A stretch of DNA of 64,000 nucleotides, from NCBI GenBank assembly GCA_950097015.1, contig CATNEN010000005.1, positions 3,162,001 through 3,226,000 of the forward strand, read 5' to 3'. The stretch comes from Macrostomum hystrix. Its lineage: Eukaryota > Animalia > Platyhelminthes. This document shows, piece after piece, positions 60,831-64,000 of the stretch. The stretch's first letter is position 1. Each line of letters begins with the position of its first letter. A model generated the notes under the pieces. It had not been told where the DNA came from and made no database searches. It worked only from the letters and a program-made list of their open reading frames with translations. A program made the position numbers and the translations under genes.

Positions 60831-61671
60831 ATGCAGCAGCAGCAGCAGCAACTTCATCCGCGCTTTGCCAGCCCGTCTGATGATGAGGGCCTCGACGCTG
60901 ACTCCGTTGCAGATCACCACCAATTCCTGAGGCCCATAAGCAGCGGAGACAATGAATTCGTGAACTCAAAGAAGATGCCAGCCTCCTGTGGTATCAACAG
61001 CTTGCGGAGGCAGCAGCAGCAGCAGATTGGCAAACTTCCTATTGAGCAATCAGCCAACGAGCGTTGGGACAGTGACTCGAGCGGCTCGGAAAATGGCCCA
61101 CCGCAAATCGGTGTCAGGGTGAGCAGAAGGAATTAAGGTTCAAATCAAATGTCACGTCTATATTGGAGTTCAATAGTAATTACAGGAGGGCTGCGGGTAA
61201 TGACACACCATTGGGTGACGCTAGACCCAAAGCCAGCGATGAGGTAATTCTGCCGATTCCGCTGACTCCTGAGCACACAACCACACAAATACCGAAGGCA
61301 GGCACACACTCACACAGGTGTGTACATCTGCCCTGACTTTCTCATTGTCTCTCACTGTGCCTTGGAGGCTGGCCCTCAGTGGCGTAAATTGAAACTAGTC
61401 CAATCATTCCCGTTTATAACAATAGTAATTTGCGTTTATTGCAATAATAGTCTCATTTAAACTTTTTCCTGCACTTTGGTGATAGCAACGACTGTCCAGC
61501 CGGACCAGCTGCCGTACAGGCTGCCACCAGGTTCAGCAGGAGGCCGGTGTCATGTACGACCCAAGTCTCGAACTGAAGGAGAGCAGCGAGAAGCAGCTGG
61601 GCCACCAACAGCAGCAGCAGAGGCAAGTACGGGTGTACCAGAATAAGCTACCCAGATCTCTGCCAAGGACT

Positions 61672-61705
<34 letters not shown>

Positions 61706-62190
61706 TGCAGCAGCTGCAGGCACAGGATAAGGACCAGTTTGTCTCGCGTTCGGATCAAGACACGGGCACGAGCTGCTCCGAAACTGCAGCAGCCCCGCGC
61801 TCAAACCTGCCGGTGTGTATTCCCTTACCGTTGATTCTTGCTATAATTGAATGAACGAGTGTATTGAACTAAATATCTGCAAATAAAACTTGATTGCTAA
61901 TACTCAAAGTTTTATTTCGTGAGTTCTTAAAAATACATCCCAAAAAAATTTCCTTGCGATGGCAGCGGCTGAAAACCCAGGCCAGCTGTCGAGCCGGCTG
62001 CCATCAGGTTCAACAGGAGGCCGATTTCATGTACACGGCCCAGAGTCGCGAGGTCAAGGCGAGCAGCCGCAGGCAGTTCCGCCAGCATCTGCAGCAACAA
62101 AACAACCAGCTGCAGTTTCAGCGTGCTAGCAAGAGCCAAGTTGACTTTCTACAACACGCTGAAGGAGATTGCCAACGTCGTCATCAGCAG

Positions 62191-62224
<34 letters not shown>

Positions 62225-62478
62225 GCGTGTGCAAAATTCCTGCCGAAAATAATCAGCCCATCGCAGCCCGGATCAAGAGTGACGAATGCTTGTTTGAGCA
62301 GCAGCAGCAGCAGCAGCAGCAGGCAAGTTTCTGCAGCAGTTTTGAGCCACGATCGGTCATCCTCGTGCTGGAACTAGTCGGCTGCGGCAGCTGCAAATCA
62401 TGCCAGTGTCTTGACGCCTGCAAACATTCAGGCTCCATCCAGTGCCAGCCAGCTAGACTGCCAGCAGCGCAGCAGCGC

Positions 62479-62510
<32 letters not shown>

Positions 62511-62598
62511 GGTGATTCGCGCTAGCCTGCCGTGTGGGGTCGTCTCAACGCCGCTTGTGCCGATTAGTCAGTCTGGTAGGCGACCCCGGGAGCTTTGA
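60831..62598 (+). CDS. Unknown polyglutamine-rich protein; putative exons 60831-61118, 61486-61812, 61966-62598
   Basis: Three GC-rich open segments with (CAG)n runs joined by plausible phase-0 GT-AG junctions; no recognisable domain. Confidence 0.55.
61172..61390 (-). mobile_element. SINE family A 3' part, in the first intron of the polyQ gene
   Basis: Reverse complement of the family A body and tail. Confidence 0.82.
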
Positions 62599-63858
62599 AA
62601 GGAGCTGACCACGATTTGACCACGATTCTGTCTCGACAAAACGACTGGTCGACACTTTCCTGACTTAAAACTCAAATTTTCATTTAACTGAAAACTGACA
62701 CCTGCAATTTCTCCAAAACGGACGCCTGCCTGCTCACACTAAACCGACAGTGTATTCTCGTAGCATTTGGTCTTCACTATACAGCGATTTTTTGCTTTTT
62801 TTAAAGCGAGAACTTTCCCTGCTAAGCGAGGAGGGAAGTAAATATAACGCTATAGTCAACATTACTTTGATTAGAGTGGATAAGATACGTACAACTAACC
62901 CTTCCACGCTGACTCATCGCTTTAGCTTTGTTGTTTTGCTTTAGCAACTGTTGCCACACATAATGGCTTTCGAAACTCCCAAATTTAGTACCCTATGCCC
63001 CTTGCCAATATCTACTCAGCCCGTGTCTCATCTCTCCCGTGACTCATCTCTCCCGTGTTCTATCTATCCCGTGTCTTATCGCTGCCGTGTCACATCTCTC
63101 TGTGTCTCATCTCTCCTTTCTATCTATCCAGTGTCTCATCTCTCCCGTGTCTCATCTCTCCTGCCTCATCTCTCCTGCCTCATCTCTTCCCTGTTCAATC
63201 TCTCCTGTCTCCTGCTTGAGCATTTTGGTGTATTATTTGTGTTTAATACAACATTGTAAAGAACTTTTGCCCTGACACAATGATCGGCCATTATACCGAT
63301 TTTTATTTTTTTAGCAGGAATATTTGATCTGATGTTTGAAAGTTGAAACAAATTAAATTTAAATGCCTAAAATGCCTAATGCCTACTCGCCTCATAATTC
63401 TTATCTATTTGTCTCTTTCTATTTTCTTATCTCACTGTCCCTCAGCACGCTTAATAGATTTACATCATACTCTCTGCCCTATCAGTTCACCCACCTAATC
63501 TCTCCTCCATTAAAAAAAGTGTGAAATAATGGCCGCTCAAAAGTGTGTGTTGATTAGGCCGTAAAATTGTGTTAAATTAGTGGAGACTGAAAAAGGAAAC
63601 TGTTTCTTGAATATTAGCCCGGTTTTGTTAGGCGAGAATCTTATTAATTTTTGCCAATCGCGTCAACCCTGCGCACTCACTCTTCTGGGTTGATAATAAA
63701 CATTTGTTAACTGTTTTAATTCAGCCCCCTTCTATAAACTCAATAAATATATATAATATATAAATATATAAATTTTTTTATAAATTTATTATATATTTAT
63801 TTATAATTATAATTATATTTATGTTGTGGGTTTCGTTACGATAATTCCGTAAATAGTT

Positions 63859-63984
63859 TTCTAGAACTTTCTACCACTTGTTATAACACTCTGTTGTTTC
63901 CAGAATCTTCTCTGCGCCTCCCCCGCGGGCTATCTATGAGAACTTTCTAGAAAGTTCTCCCACTCGCTCCCCAGGCTATAAATA
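63859..63984 (+). promoter_or_regulatory. Three heat-shock elements plus TATA box
   Basis: TTCtaGAActTTC (63859-71), TTCcaGAAtcTTC (63898-910), GAActTTCtaGAAagTTC (63940-57) and TATAAATA (63977-84). Confidence 0.85.
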
Positions 63985-64000
63985 GAAACCCCCGCGCGGT

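Noticed and set aside
63740-63820. A/T-only quasi-palindromic tract
   Set aside because: Low-complexity sequence; self-complementarity is expected from composition.

Overview
This is eukaryotic (animal) genomic DNA, not prokaryotic: it has GT-AG introns, SINEs, non-autonomous DNA transposons and about 20 minisatellite arrays. The organism is probably a free-living flatworm such as Macrostomum. That is an inference from GC-rich CDS, pure CAG tracts, tandem-repeat-filled introns and 3' splice acceptors just upstream of many ATGs. About 15 protein-coding genes are present, 14 of them on the + strand: U2AF2 (3' part), WDR13, three rhodopsin-class GPCR copies, a divergent PP1-like phosphatase, PIP4P/TMEM55 (minus strand), BLOC1S4, RPS20, a MATH-BTB protein, SLMAP, two intronless RING/coiled-coil/beta-propeller (TRIM-NHL-like) paralogs, POLR2D/RPB4 and an unknown polyQ gene. 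The most interesting signals are: (1) two tandem families (TRIM pair, GPCR triplet) built as patchworks of about 98-99% identical blocks and highly divergent blocks; (2) many long introns and intergenic spacers each filled by a different minisatellite; (3) strong strand bias plus ATG-proximal acceptors, suggesting SL trans-splicing or operons; (4) a triple heat-shock-element plus TATA promoter (or LTR) at the window end; (5) a P-element/THAP-type non-autonomous transposon and a CACTA-like MITE family with 2-bp TSDs. All splice models, alignments and identity figures were read by eye, and array boundaries are approximate.
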